Shown here: one piece after another, positions 1-7,701 of the stretch
Layout of the letters: the number at the start of each line of letters is the position of its first letter
Numbering within the stretch: position 1 is the stretch's first letter
From: Psychrobacter sp. DM4
Lineage (GTDB): Bacteria > Pseudomonadota > Gammaproteobacteria > Pseudomonadales > Moraxellaceae
Length of the DNA: 32,000 bases
Reading direction: 5' to 3'
Assembly (NCBI RefSeq): GCF_051307035.1
Contig: NZ_CP195536.1
Span: 840,001-872,000 of the forward strand
The notes under the pieces: generated by a model
Databases searched by the model: none
The model's input: only the letters and a program-made list of their open reading frames with translations
Told to the model about the DNA's origin: nothing
Translations under genes and position numbers: made by a program

Positions 1-1
1 G

Positions 2-445
2 TTTCGTACTATGAAAGAGGCGATAGATGCCCAAGGCAATCCATTACCAGATGAGGCGCGCCTCACGTCATTGGGTCACATGCTACGTAATATGAGTTTA
101 GATGAATTGCCAGAATTATGGAATGTCATCAAAGGCGATATGAGTTTAGTAGGGCCACGTCCACTGTTAATGGAGTATCTGCCTCTATACAACGATGAGC
201 AAGCACGCCGCCACCACGTGCGTCCTGGCATCACAGGATACGCTCAAATTAACGGACGCAATGCTATCAGTTGGGACGAGAAATTTGCACTTGATATATG
301 GTACGTTGACCATCAGTCTTTTTGGTTGGATATCAAAATTCTATTCAAAACTGTCCAAAAAGTTATCGTAAGGGACGGTATCAATGCTGACGGCGAAGCG
401 ACGATGAGCAAATTCACAGGTAATAACACAAGACTAAGCGATTGA
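2..445 (+). CDS. Undecaprenyl-phosphate sugar phosphotransferase (bacterial sugar transferase family, PglC / WbaP C-terminal type); 5' end lies outside the window
   Basis: The frame is open from nt 2 (F-R-T-M...), so the ATG at 11 is internal. Family hallmarks are present: FRTM ... SLDELPELWNVIKGDMSLVGPRP ... RPGITGYAQINGRN. Stop codon at 443-445. Confidence 0.9.
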   Translation, partial: FRTMKEAIDAQGNPLPDEARLTSLGHMLRNMSLDELPELWNVIKGDMSLVGPRPLLMEYLPLYNDEQARRHHVRPGITGYAQINGRNAISWDEKFALDIWYVDHQSFWLDIKILFKTVQKVIVRDGINADGEATMSKFTGNNTRLSD

Positions 446-464
446 ACACGTTATAGAGGTGCAT

Positions 465-1670
465 ATGCTAAATACTAAGTTTTCACCGTGGCCAAGCTTT
501 ACGGTAGAAGAAGCTGATGCCGTCAGCCGAGTGCTCTTATCTAACAAAGTCAACTACTGGACAGGGAATGAATGTCGTCAGTTTGAGACTGAGTTCGCTG
601 AGTGGATAGGTAGCACTTATGCAGTAGCAGTGGCCAATGGTACTCTAGCGCTAGACTTGGCACTACAAGCTTTAAATATTGGTATAGGTGATGAGGTCAT
701 CGTCACCCCGCGTACCTTTATCGCTAGTATCTCCACCGTAGTAAATGCAGGCGCGACACCTATATTCGCCGATGTCGACGAGGTATCAGGGAACATAACC
801 GCTGAAACTATCGCATTAGTATTGACCGCTAAGACTCGCGCTATCATATGTGTCCACCTTGCAGGTTGGCCTTGTGCTATGGATGGCATCATGGCACTCG
901 CCGAGCAGCATGATCTATACGTCATAGAGGACTGCGCACAAGCTCATGGCGCACGCTACAAAGATCGTAGTGTCGGGAGTATCGGTCATATAGGGGCATG
1001 GAGCTTTTGCCAAGACAAAATCATGACCACAGGCGGCGAGGGTGGAATGGTCACCACCAACGATGAGCAGCTATGGCGCAAGATGTGGGCATACAAAGAT
1101 CATGGTAAAAGCTTTGCCGCTGTTTATGAGACTGAGCACGCGCTAGGGTATCGCTGGTTACATGAGAGCTTCGGTACCAATTGGCGCATGACGGAGATGC
1201 AGGGGGTCATAGGCCGTATTCAATTAAACAGAATGCAGGATTGGACAACCGCTCGCACCAAGAACGCGCAAGCCATACTAGCCGCTTGCGATAAATGGGC
1301 TGATAAAGGCTATTTATCTGTACCTCGGTTGGAGCAGACGTCAGGCTTTGAGCAGTCCCAGCATGCGTATTACAAATTATACGTCTATGTACAACCGGAT
1401 AACCTAACTCCAGACTGGTCAAGAAATCGCATCATCACGGAAATAAATGAGATGGGCATCCCTTGCTTTTCGGGTTCAGCGTCAGAGGTTTATTTAGAAA
1501 AGGCTTTTGATAACAATGGTTTACGTCCAACAAACAGGCTGCCGATAGCTCAGCGGTTAGGGGAGACAAGTCTAATGTTCTTAGTACATCCAACTTTGAT
1601 GGTTATAGAAATGAATAAGACTGTGCAGGTAATTGATACTGTGTTCTCTAAAATGGACAGTCCCAAATAA
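465..1670 (+). CDS. DegT/DnrJ/EryC1/StrS-family PLP-dependent sugar aminotransferase (PglE/QhbB-like)
   Basis: Fold-type I sugar aminotransferase pattern: NGTLAL, EDCAQAHG, and SFCQDKIMTTGEGGMV with the putative PLP lysine. The ORF track starts at GTG 459. ATG 465 follows AGAGG (455-459) and is preferred. Confidence 0.9.
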   Translation: MLNTKFSPWPSFTVEEADAVSRVLLSNKVNYWTGNECRQFETEFAEWIGSTYAVAVANGTLALDLALQALNIGIGDEVIVTPRTFIASISTVVNAGATPIFADVDEVSGNITAETIALVLTAKTRAIICVHLAGWPCAMDGIMALAEQHDLYVIEDCAQAHGARYKDRSVGSIGHIGAWSFCQDKIMTTGGEGGMVTTNDEQLWRKMWAYKDHGKSFAAVYETEHALGYRWLHESFGTNWRMTEMQGVIGRIQLNRMQDWTTARTKNAQAILAACDKWADKGYLSVPRLEQTSGFEQSQHAYYKLYVYVQPDNLTPDWSRNRIITEINEMGIPCFSGSASEVYLEKAFDNNGLRPTNRLPIAQRLGETSLMFLVHPTLMVIEMNKTVQVIDTVFSKMDSPK

Positions 1671-1786
1671 ACGACTACTCAAAGATCATTTATCATAAGC
1701 CATCTTTTACTATTGCTGTATCAAAAACAGTCGATAGCTACAGAATCCGCTAAGGTCGATGCTCATCTATAATAATGAGTAATGTT

Positions 1787-2332
1787 CTAAGAAACGTTCT
1801 CAACCGTCCCAATATCGGGTATTGGGGGTAGCTGTTCTAGACTATTCAAGCCAAATGCATCCAAAAACTGCGATGTCGTATGTAGTAGCGCTGGACGCCC
1901 TAGGCTATCTTTGAACCCATCCTCAATTATCCAGCCTTTATCGAACAGTTGGCGCAATATGTTGCTCGATAAGGCCACACCGCGTACATATTCGATATCG
2001 CTACGTGTCACAGGCTGCTTATAGGCGATCACGCTAAGTGTCTCTAGCAACGCCTGACTTAAGCGCTCTTGACGCTGCGGGAACACCCGTTGAACAAGCG
2101 CGCTATAATCATCCGCTATCTGTAGTCGGTAGCCGCTTGCGGTTTTATTAAGTCTCAATGCACCAGTGGCTAGGCGCTGTTCTAATTGTGCTAAAGCTGA
2201 CTCTAATTCTTTAGTAGATAAAAACAGATGTTTCTTAATCGCCTGAGCACTAAGCGGTGCCTCGGACGCATGGAGTAGTACTTCTATCTGTAGACTAAGA
2301 TGTTCGGCATTGGTAGGATTGTTATTTACCAT
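1787..2332 (-). CDS. scpB: Segregation and condensation protein B
   Basis: Motifs EVLLHASEAPLS and SQALLETLSVIAYKQPVTRSDIEYVRGV are typical ScpB winged-helix repeats. It lies downstream of scpA on the same strand. Confidence 0.9.
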   Translation of the reverse strand: MVNNNPTNAEHLSLQIEVLLHASEAPLSAQAIKKHLFLSTKELESALAQLEQRLATGALRLNKTASGYRLQIADDYSALVQRVFPQRQERLSQALLETLSVIAYKQPVTRSDIEYVRGVALSSNILRQLFDKGWIIEDGFKDSLGRPALLHTTSQFLDAFGLNSLEQLPPIPDIGTVENVS

Positions 2333-2369
2333 TTGGGAATTGCTCTTATAGGAGAATGTTTATTGAGAT

Positions 2370-2486
2370 GTAGGGTGTGGTTAGCGAAGCGTAACCCACC
2401 ATTTTATGGTGATTACATTCTAATACAGCGGGTTACGTTTTATCTTCATTCTTTATAGGAATTTGACAAAACTAACCACACCCTAC
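2370..2486. repeat. 117-bp MITE/REP-like palindromic element with perfect 15-bp terminal inverted repeats
   Basis: GTAGGGTGTGGTTAG (2370-2384) is the exact reverse complement of CTAACCACACCCTAC (2472-2486). An internal 8-bp pair is CGTAACCC (2390-2397) / GGGTTACG (2430-2437). A local hairpin GGTG(T)GGTTA-8 nt-TAACCCACC sits at the left end. It encodes no ORF. Confidence 0.8.
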
Positions 2487-3265
2487 GCCAACCATTCTAA
2501 TTTTAAAGTAGGTAATGAATCGTTTTTCTCGTCATCTATTACACCAACCAATTGCCGTTTTATGAGTTCAAGTACAGCGACGAAGCTGACGACCACACCG
2601 ATTTTACCTTGTGTCTTATCGAGGATCTGATGAAAAGATCGAGATTCGCCCGCACTAAGTTGCCGGCTAATGCTAGCAATACGATCAGAGAGAGGGATGC
2701 TATCGACTTCAATAGTATGCATCTGATAGTCAGGTTTGAGTTGCATTTTGAATAAACTCTCAATCAAGAGATTGGGCGAGTGTTTGGGCAGTTGAGCAGC
2801 CATCACCTCTACATTAGGCATACTAACCATGGCTAAAAAGACATCACGCTCTAGACGGACGAGCGCATCCAAGCGCAGGCTTGCCTCTTTGATTTGCGCG
2901 TATGCTTGCAAGCGCTCGATCAGTTCTGCTTTGGGATCGCGCTCATCACTAGGTGTTTGCGGCTTGGGTAGTAGTAGCTCCGTCTTGATCACAATTAAGG
3001 TGGACGCCATCAATAGATAGTCACCTGCCAGCTCAAAGTGATCGGTATCAAGCTCGCTGATATAAGCCAGATACTGCTCAGTGATCGGCAAGATAGGCAT
3101 TTGCGTGAGATCGACATTATTTTTTTTGACCAAATATAATAAAAAATCCAGCGGCCCTGCAAATTGCTCTAGCCAAATCGCAAAAGCGCCAGGCGGTACA
3201 TATAGATCTTCTGGCAGATGTTCGATAGGCGTCTGATAAATGCGTAGTGTGCTATCGTCTTGCAT
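2483..3265 (-). CDS. scpA: Segregation and condensation protein A (kleisin)
   Basis: N-terminal FAGPLDFLLYLVKKNNVDLTQMPILPITEQYLAYI matches the ScpA signature. The trpS-scpA-scpB order is conserved. The TAG stop (2483-2485) lies inside the inverted repeat at 2472-2486. Confidence 0.9.
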   Translation of the reverse strand: MQDDSTLRIYQTPIEHLPEDLYVPPGAFAIWLEQFAGPLDFLLYLVKKNNVDLTQMPILPITEQYLAYISELDTDHFELAGDYLLMASTLIVIKTELLLPKPQTPSDERDPKAELIERLQAYAQIKEASLRLDALVRLERDVFLAMVSMPNVEVMAAQLPKHSPNLLIESLFKMQLKPDYQMHTIEVDSIPLSDRIASISRQLSAGESRSFHQILDKTQGKIGVVVSFVAVLELIKRQLVGVIDDEKNDSLPTLKLEWLA

Positions 3266-3334
3266 GCCATTACTAATATCAGTGATGATAGATCTCGCTT
3301 TTAACTATAAGACTATTAACGTGAGCTTGACCAG

Positions 3335-4402
3335 TTATTTCAACTTGGCAAGCGGACGAATACCAATAGCACGGCGCGTCTTATCCAGCTGTTTACGACT
3401 ATGTCGACGGGCTTTTTGCGCGCCCATTTGCAAGATTTCCTCTAACTCCTTTGGATTGGCCATTAGCTCCTCATAACGCGCGCGAAAGGGTGAAATCTCG
3501 TCATTTATTTTTTCAAACAGCGCTTGCTTAGCATCACCCCAACCAATGCCAGCAGTGAATTGCGCGCGCATGTCAGCAATCTCCTCAGGCGTCGCAAACG
3601 CTTTGTAAATCTCAAAAATAGCAGAGTCATCAGCCTCTTTTGGCTCATCAGGTAATTGCGAGTTGGTCACGATTTTCATGATCGCTTTATACATTTGCTT
3701 CTCAGAGCTCACTTGCGAATTACCATCGCCAAATAACGGAATCGTATTATTATAACTTTTACTCATCTTACGCCCATCAAGCCCCGTTAGTAGCGGCATC
3801 TTATCGTCAACTACCGCAGCAGGTAAGGTAAAGAGCGGCTTGTATCGATGATTAAAAGTACCCGCAATATCACGTGCCATTTCGATATGCTGAATTTGAT
3901 CACGACCGACAGGTACGTGAGTGGCATTGAACATCAAGATATCTGCCGCCATGAGTACAGGGTAGCCAAATAGCCCCATGGTCACACCCTGATCTATATC
4001 GACGTCCGCCTTTTCAGTATTAATGTCGACGGCTGCTTTATAGGCATGAGCGCGGTTCATCAGTCCTTTAGCGCACGAGCAGTTCAGCACCCAAGCCAGC
4101 TCTGATATCTCAGGAACATCCGACTGACGATAAAAAGTCACGCGCTCAGGATCGAGACCACAAGCGATCCAAGTAGCAGCAATAGACTTGGTGGACTCAT
4201 GAATGACAGCAGGATCATAGCAGCCGATGATTCCGTGATAATCTGCCAAAAAGAAAAACGCTTCATCATCGCTATTTTGAATAGAAGCAATAGCGGGACG
4301 AATGGCACCAACATAGTTTCCAAGATGCGGGATACCAGTAGGTTTGATACCGGTTAGGATACGTTTGGGTGCCTGTATAGGCGTGTCAGTTTGATTACTC
4401 AT
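3335..4402 (-). CDS. trpS: Tryptophan--tRNA ligase
   Basis: Class I aaRS signatures are present: [16 protein letters not shown] (HIGH-type) and KMSKS. Length 355 aa. Confidence 0.95.
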   Translation of the reverse strand: MSNQTDTPIQAPKRILTGIKPTGIPHLGNYVGAIRPAIASIQNSDDEAFFFLADYHGIIGCYDPAVIHESTKSIAATWIACGLDPERVTFYRQSDVPEISELAWVLNCSCAKGLMNRAHAYKAAVDINTEKADVDIDQGVTMGLFGYPVLMAADILMFNATHVPVGRDQIQHIEMARDIAGTFNHRYKPLFTLPAAVVDDKMPLLTGLDGRKMSKSYNNTIPLFGDGNSQVSSEKQMYKAIMKIVTNSQLPDEPKEADDSAIFEIYKAFATPEEIADMRAQFTAGIGWGDAKQALFEKINDEISPFRARYEELMANPKELEEILQMGAQKARRHSRKQLDKTRRAIGIRPLAKLK

Positions 4403-4511
4403 AAAAGATCCGTGGTTAATTATTTTATAGAGGTCGTTGAGTCACTAGAAATGGCTCAAATAGTTGTGCAAATTATAGCAAATTCTGTAGCGCTTGGTTT
4501 GAGTGCATACC

Positions 4512-5606
4512 TTACTTGTAAGGGTTTTTGTGACCTTTGGGCTGATGCTTAAAGCGCCTGTGGAACCACATCCATTGAGTGGGGTCAATACGAATCAAGC
4601 TCTCTAGTACCTCGTTGACTCGTGTGGCGTCAGCGACTTCGTCGTTACTGGGGTAGTTATGCAAAGTAGGGGTAATGGTAAGGTGATAATGCGGGCGCTT
4701 ACCGCGTGGTAGATTATCTGGCGTCTGACGATAGGTATGCAATGCTATCACCACTGGCGGGTTCTTTTTACTGCCCAGTTTAGCCAGCCTGCGCGGCATC
4801 GTGATCGTCGCAGCAGGTACACCGAAAAAAGGTGCCATTACACCTTGTTTGAGACCATAGTCTTGATCGGGTGAGTACCAGATAACATGACCTGAATTAA
4901 TAGAATCAACTAAGCTGCGCATATCGCGGCTTGATATTTGCTTACCAAAAATAGTGGTGCGACCGTTATAAATGAACCAATCTAGCAAAGGATTGTTCTG
5001 AGTACGGTACATACAATCGGTGGCAAAAAACTGCGTGCAGAGCAGACCACCTAGATCGAGCATAGTATAGTGAGCACCCAATAAAATGACTGCTCGGCCT
5101 TCGTTCTGCGCATTGATTAAGTGCTGTAATCCTGAAATGGAAACCGTACGAGTAAAGATATTAGGACGAAACCAGGCGCATAAAGTCTCAAACACGCCTA
5201 TGCCTTGATTGACAAAGACTTGCTTGGCCATTAGCTCGCGCTCAGCTTCTAGCTTTTCTGGAAAAGCTAAGCCTAAATTAATGAGCGTATCACGTCGCCG
5301 TGAATCTGCGACTTTGTAAATTACAATACCAAGCTTACGCCCGAGCCAAAATTGCCAGCGTAATGGCAGATATATCATCGGTAGCATGATAGCCATCAAC
5401 AGCCAGATTGCCCAATATTTTGGTAATAAAAACTGCCATTGAAAAGGCTTTTTGTCAGCGTGTGCGGTTTTTTTTTGGGTTTGAGTGATACTTGGTGTGC
5501 CATTAGGTACGGCTGGCGATTTTGCAGATGGCGTAGACGCCTTAGCACTGTCCGATATATCAGGCTTGTTGTGTTTGCTAGGATCGTATTGTTCAGGCGC
5601 TTTCAT
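4512..5606 (-). CDS. lpxL: Lipid A biosynthesis late acyltransferase (LpxL/HtrB family) with a ~55-aa low-complexity N-terminal extension
   Basis: Core resembles E. coli LpxL: YRTQNNPLLDWFIYNGR ... GHVIWYSPDQDYG, with an N-terminal membrane anchor LLPKYWAIWLLMAIML. There is no in-frame ATG between 5606 and the membrane anchor. Confidence 0.85.
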   Translation of the reverse strand: MKAPEQYDPSKHNKPDISDSAKASTPSAKSPAVPNGTPSITQTQKKTAHADKKPFQWQFLLPKYWAIWLLMAIMLPMIYLPLRWQFWLGRKLGIVIYKVADSRRRDTLINLGLAFPEKLEAERELMAKQVFVNQGIGVFETLCAWFRPNIFTRTVSISGLQHLINAQNEGRAVILLGAHYTMLDLGGLLCTQFFATDCMYRTQNNPLLDWFIYNGRTTIFGKQISSRDMRSLVDSINSGHVIWYSPDQDYGLKQGVMAPFFGVPAATITMPRRLAKLGSKKNPPVVIALHTYRQTPDNLPRGKRPHYHLTITPTLHNYPSNDEVADATRVNEVLESLIRIDPTQWMWFHRRFKHQPKGHKNPYK

Positions 5607-5653
5607 AGGGTCAGATCAGTTATAAAAGGTACAAGTATGATGAGGTAGCGCTG

Positions 5654-5670
5654 ATAACTTTGCAAGTTAT
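5654..5670. promoter_or_regulatory. Perfect 7-3-7 palindrome ATAACTT-TGC-AAGTTAT ~50 bp upstream of the lpxL start; possible operator
   Basis: The inverted repeat was read directly from the sequence. Any function is inferred from its position only. Confidence 0.25.
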
Positions 5671-5732
5671 TATGCAACCTTTCAAATGCTACTCTAGGTG
5701 ATATCTATGTTCTTTAGCAAAGGTACAAGCGC

Positions 5733-5770
5733 AAAAAAGCCTTATAAGGCAAATAGCGCTTATAAGGCTT
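5733..5770 (-). terminator. Rho-independent terminator after rplM-rpsI
   Basis: On the minus strand: AAGCCTTATAAG - 10-nt loop - CTTATAAGGCTT (12-bp perfect stem) followed by TTTTGC. It lies ~90 nt downstream of the rpsI stop. Confidence 0.7.
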
Positions 5771-5860
5771 TGCAAGTCTATATTCTTATCAACTACAATA
5801 AATCTCAAATCAGTCCTAAGACTAATACCACCGTAGTAAGCTGATAAGTAATAGCTTTGA

Positions 5861-6247
5861 TTAACGTTTCGAGAATTGTGGACGCTTACGTGCTTTACGT
5901 AGGCCAACTTTCTTACGTTCAACTTGACGTGAGTCACGAGTCACAAAACCAGCTGCTTTTAGAGCAGGCTTGTTAGTGTCATCAAGCTCGACTAGAGCAC
6001 GAGTGATACCATGGCGAATCGCGCCTGCTTGGCCACTAATACCGCCGCCTTTGACCGTAATAAATAGGTCATAAGCAGTAAGTGAATCAAGTAACTCTAA
6101 TGGCTGACGAACAACCATACGTGAGGTTTCGCGGCTGAAATATTCATCGAGTGGCTTGCCGTTAACGACAATGCTACCAGTACCTTTCGCTAAAAAGACA
6201 CGAGCGGTAGACGTCTTGCGGCGACCAGTTCCGTAATTGCGTTCCAT
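5861..6247 (-). CDS. rpsI: 30S ribosomal protein S9
   Basis: [19 protein letters not shown] and the C-terminal RKRPQFSKR are diagnostic. 128 aa. Confidence 0.98.
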   Translation of the reverse strand: MERNYGTGRRKTSTARVFLAKGTGSIVVNGKPLDEYFSRETSRMVVRQPLELLDSLTAYDLFITVKGGGISGQAGAIRHGITRALVELDDTNKPALKAAGFVTRDSRQVERKKVGLRKARKRPQFSKR

Positions 6248-6257
6248 AAAATTATCC

Positions 6258-6686
6258 TTAGATGTCTAGTTCTTTAGGTTGCTGGGCTTCGTGTGGATGC
6301 TCAGTACCTGCATAAAGTTTTAGCTTTTTGATCATCGCATAACCAAGAGGACCCTTTGGAAGCATACCCTTAACTGCTTTATGTAGAACATCTTCAGGCT
6401 TATGTGCAAGCAACTTATTGAAGTTGGTTTCTTTAATACCGCCTGGGTAGCCACTATGACGATAGTACTTTTTGTCTTGTGCTTTTTTGCCCGTTACCGT
6501 GATCTTATCAGCGTTGATGACGACAATGAAGTCACCAGTATCAACATGCGGGGTAAAAGAGGGCTTATGCTTGCCGCGTAAGCGAGTAGCAATTTGCGTT
6601 GCTAAGCGACCAAGGGTCTTGCCGTCAGCATCGACAACAAACCAGTCATGGGTCACGTCAGCTGGTTTTGCACTAAGTGTTTTCAT
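6258..6686 (-). CDS. rplM: 50S ribosomal protein L13
   Basis: [20 protein letters not shown]...GRLA...LRGKHKP is a typical L13 N-terminus. It sits immediately upstream of rpsI, as in the conserved operon. Confidence 0.98.
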   Translation of the reverse strand: MKTLSAKPADVTHDWFVVDADGKTLGRLATQIATRLRGKHKPSFTPHVDTGDFIVVINADKITVTGKKAQDKKYYRHSGYPGGIKETNFNKLLAHKPEDVLHKAVKGMLPKGPLGYAMIKKLKLYAGTEHPHEAQQPKELDI

Positions 6687-6878
6687 GATAAAACCTTAAA
6701 TTAGAATTCGTTGAGAGTTTAGCTGGGAACGGGGCTCTCAAAAAACAGACTGCACATTATAAGCAGTAGCGTAGCAGCTTGCAAGCCGCATTGGGGTTTA
6801 TTTTTGCGCATATCCGTTTTAACGCTAACATTTGACTTAAATGTGAGTCATTTAGCAGAAAAAGTGAAGATTAGGAGA

Positions 6879-7559
6879 TTATGACGCTGACAGCTGATAA
6901 AGTCCAGCGACAACTTGTCCGACCTTGGCCTGTTTAAGGCGATCAAAACCTTTTATTTTGTGGTTGGGCAAGTTATGACTTAAATTTACTGCCAACGCCT
7001 CAAGCTGCGGTTGCAAGTCTTTATCGGCTTCCAAATAAATCAAAGTCTTTTCAGTGATTAAAGATTTAGTTATTAAAGCGCTTAAGATAGGTTGCCATAA
7101 ATCATCTGCATAAGGTGGATCGATAAACACAATATCAAAAGGCGAGTTTGGCAAATTCAGTAAGACTTGCTCAGCGGCGCCTTGAAATATTTGGTAATTA
7201 TCAATAGAGACGCCTAGCTGTTTTGCGCTTTGAGTAAGTATTTGGCTTTGCTCGCGACTGGTCTCGATAAAGGTGCAATGAGCGCCGCCGCGTGATAGCG
7301 CCTCAAACCCCAATACCCCGCTGCCAGCGCAGCTGTCTAAGACGCGTGCACCATGAATATCAGCGAGTAACCAATTAAACAAGGTCTCACGTAGCCTATC
7401 AGGCGTTGGACGCAAGCCTTTGCTATCAATAAACCCGATACTACGGCGCTTAAACTGTCCACCGATGATACGGACACTATTGGGAGCGGAGTTCTTGCTA
7501 CTATTCGGCTTACTTTTGGTAGAAACGTCGCGTTTGTATGTTGTTGATGTTTTTGCCAT
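6879..7559 (-). CDS. rsmD: 16S rRNA (guanine966-N2)-methyltransferase
   Basis: IIGGQFKRR ... RPTPDRLRETLFNWL ... LDSCAGSGVLGFEALSRG ... FIDPPY is the RsmD/N6-adenine-MTase-like motif set. It has a Ser/Lys-rich N-terminal extension. Confidence 0.88.
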   Translation of the reverse strand: MAKTSTTYKRDVSTKSKPNSSKNSAPNSVRIIGGQFKRRSIGFIDSKGLRPTPDRLRETLFNWLLADIHGARVLDSCAGSGVLGFEALSRGGAHCTFIETSREQSQILTQSAKQLGVSIDNYQIFQGAAEQVLLNLPNSPFDIVFIDPPYADDLWQPILSALITKSLITEKTLIYLEADKDLQPQLEALAVNLSHNLPNHKIKGFDRLKQAKVGQVVAGLYQLSAS

Positions 7560-7629
7560 AAAAATCCTAAATACTGACTGTGAAATCGTATCATCTTAAG
7601 ACGATATAGCCCTAAAACCTATTAGCCTT

Positions 7630-7660
7630 AAAAACTATTAATTCCAAAAACTATTAATTC
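7630..7660. repeat. Two perfect copies of AAAAACTATTAATTC with 16-bp period, plus a degenerate third copy just upstream (~7610-7625)
   Basis: Read directly: 7630-7644 and 7646-7660 are identical. The repeat lies between the PBP2 stop and the rsmD start. Confidence 0.9.
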
Positions 7661-7701
7661 TAAGAACCGCTCAGTCTTTAAAGTCATTTAACTATAGTCA
7701 T

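Noticed and set aside
617-925. Antisense or overlapping ORFs of 60-116 aa throughout the ORF track. Examples: 617-925, 1207-1422, 2552-2755, 2829-3020, 3240-3476, 7974-8474, 9200-9478, 10726-11031, 12105-12531, 15798-16053, 16372-16677, 22755-23179, 25764-26206, 29052-29607 and 30884-31189.
   Set aside because: Each lies inside, or opposite to, a CDS with strong family motifs. Their products are low-complexity or Arg/Ser/Cys-rich, which is typical of shadow frames. None has a convincing RBS.
5689-5937. 82-aa minus-strand ORF spanning the rpsI 3' end and the downstream spacer.
   Set aside because: It overlaps the rpsI coding sequence in another frame and runs through the rpsI terminator hairpin (5737-5770). 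Its composition is not protein-like.
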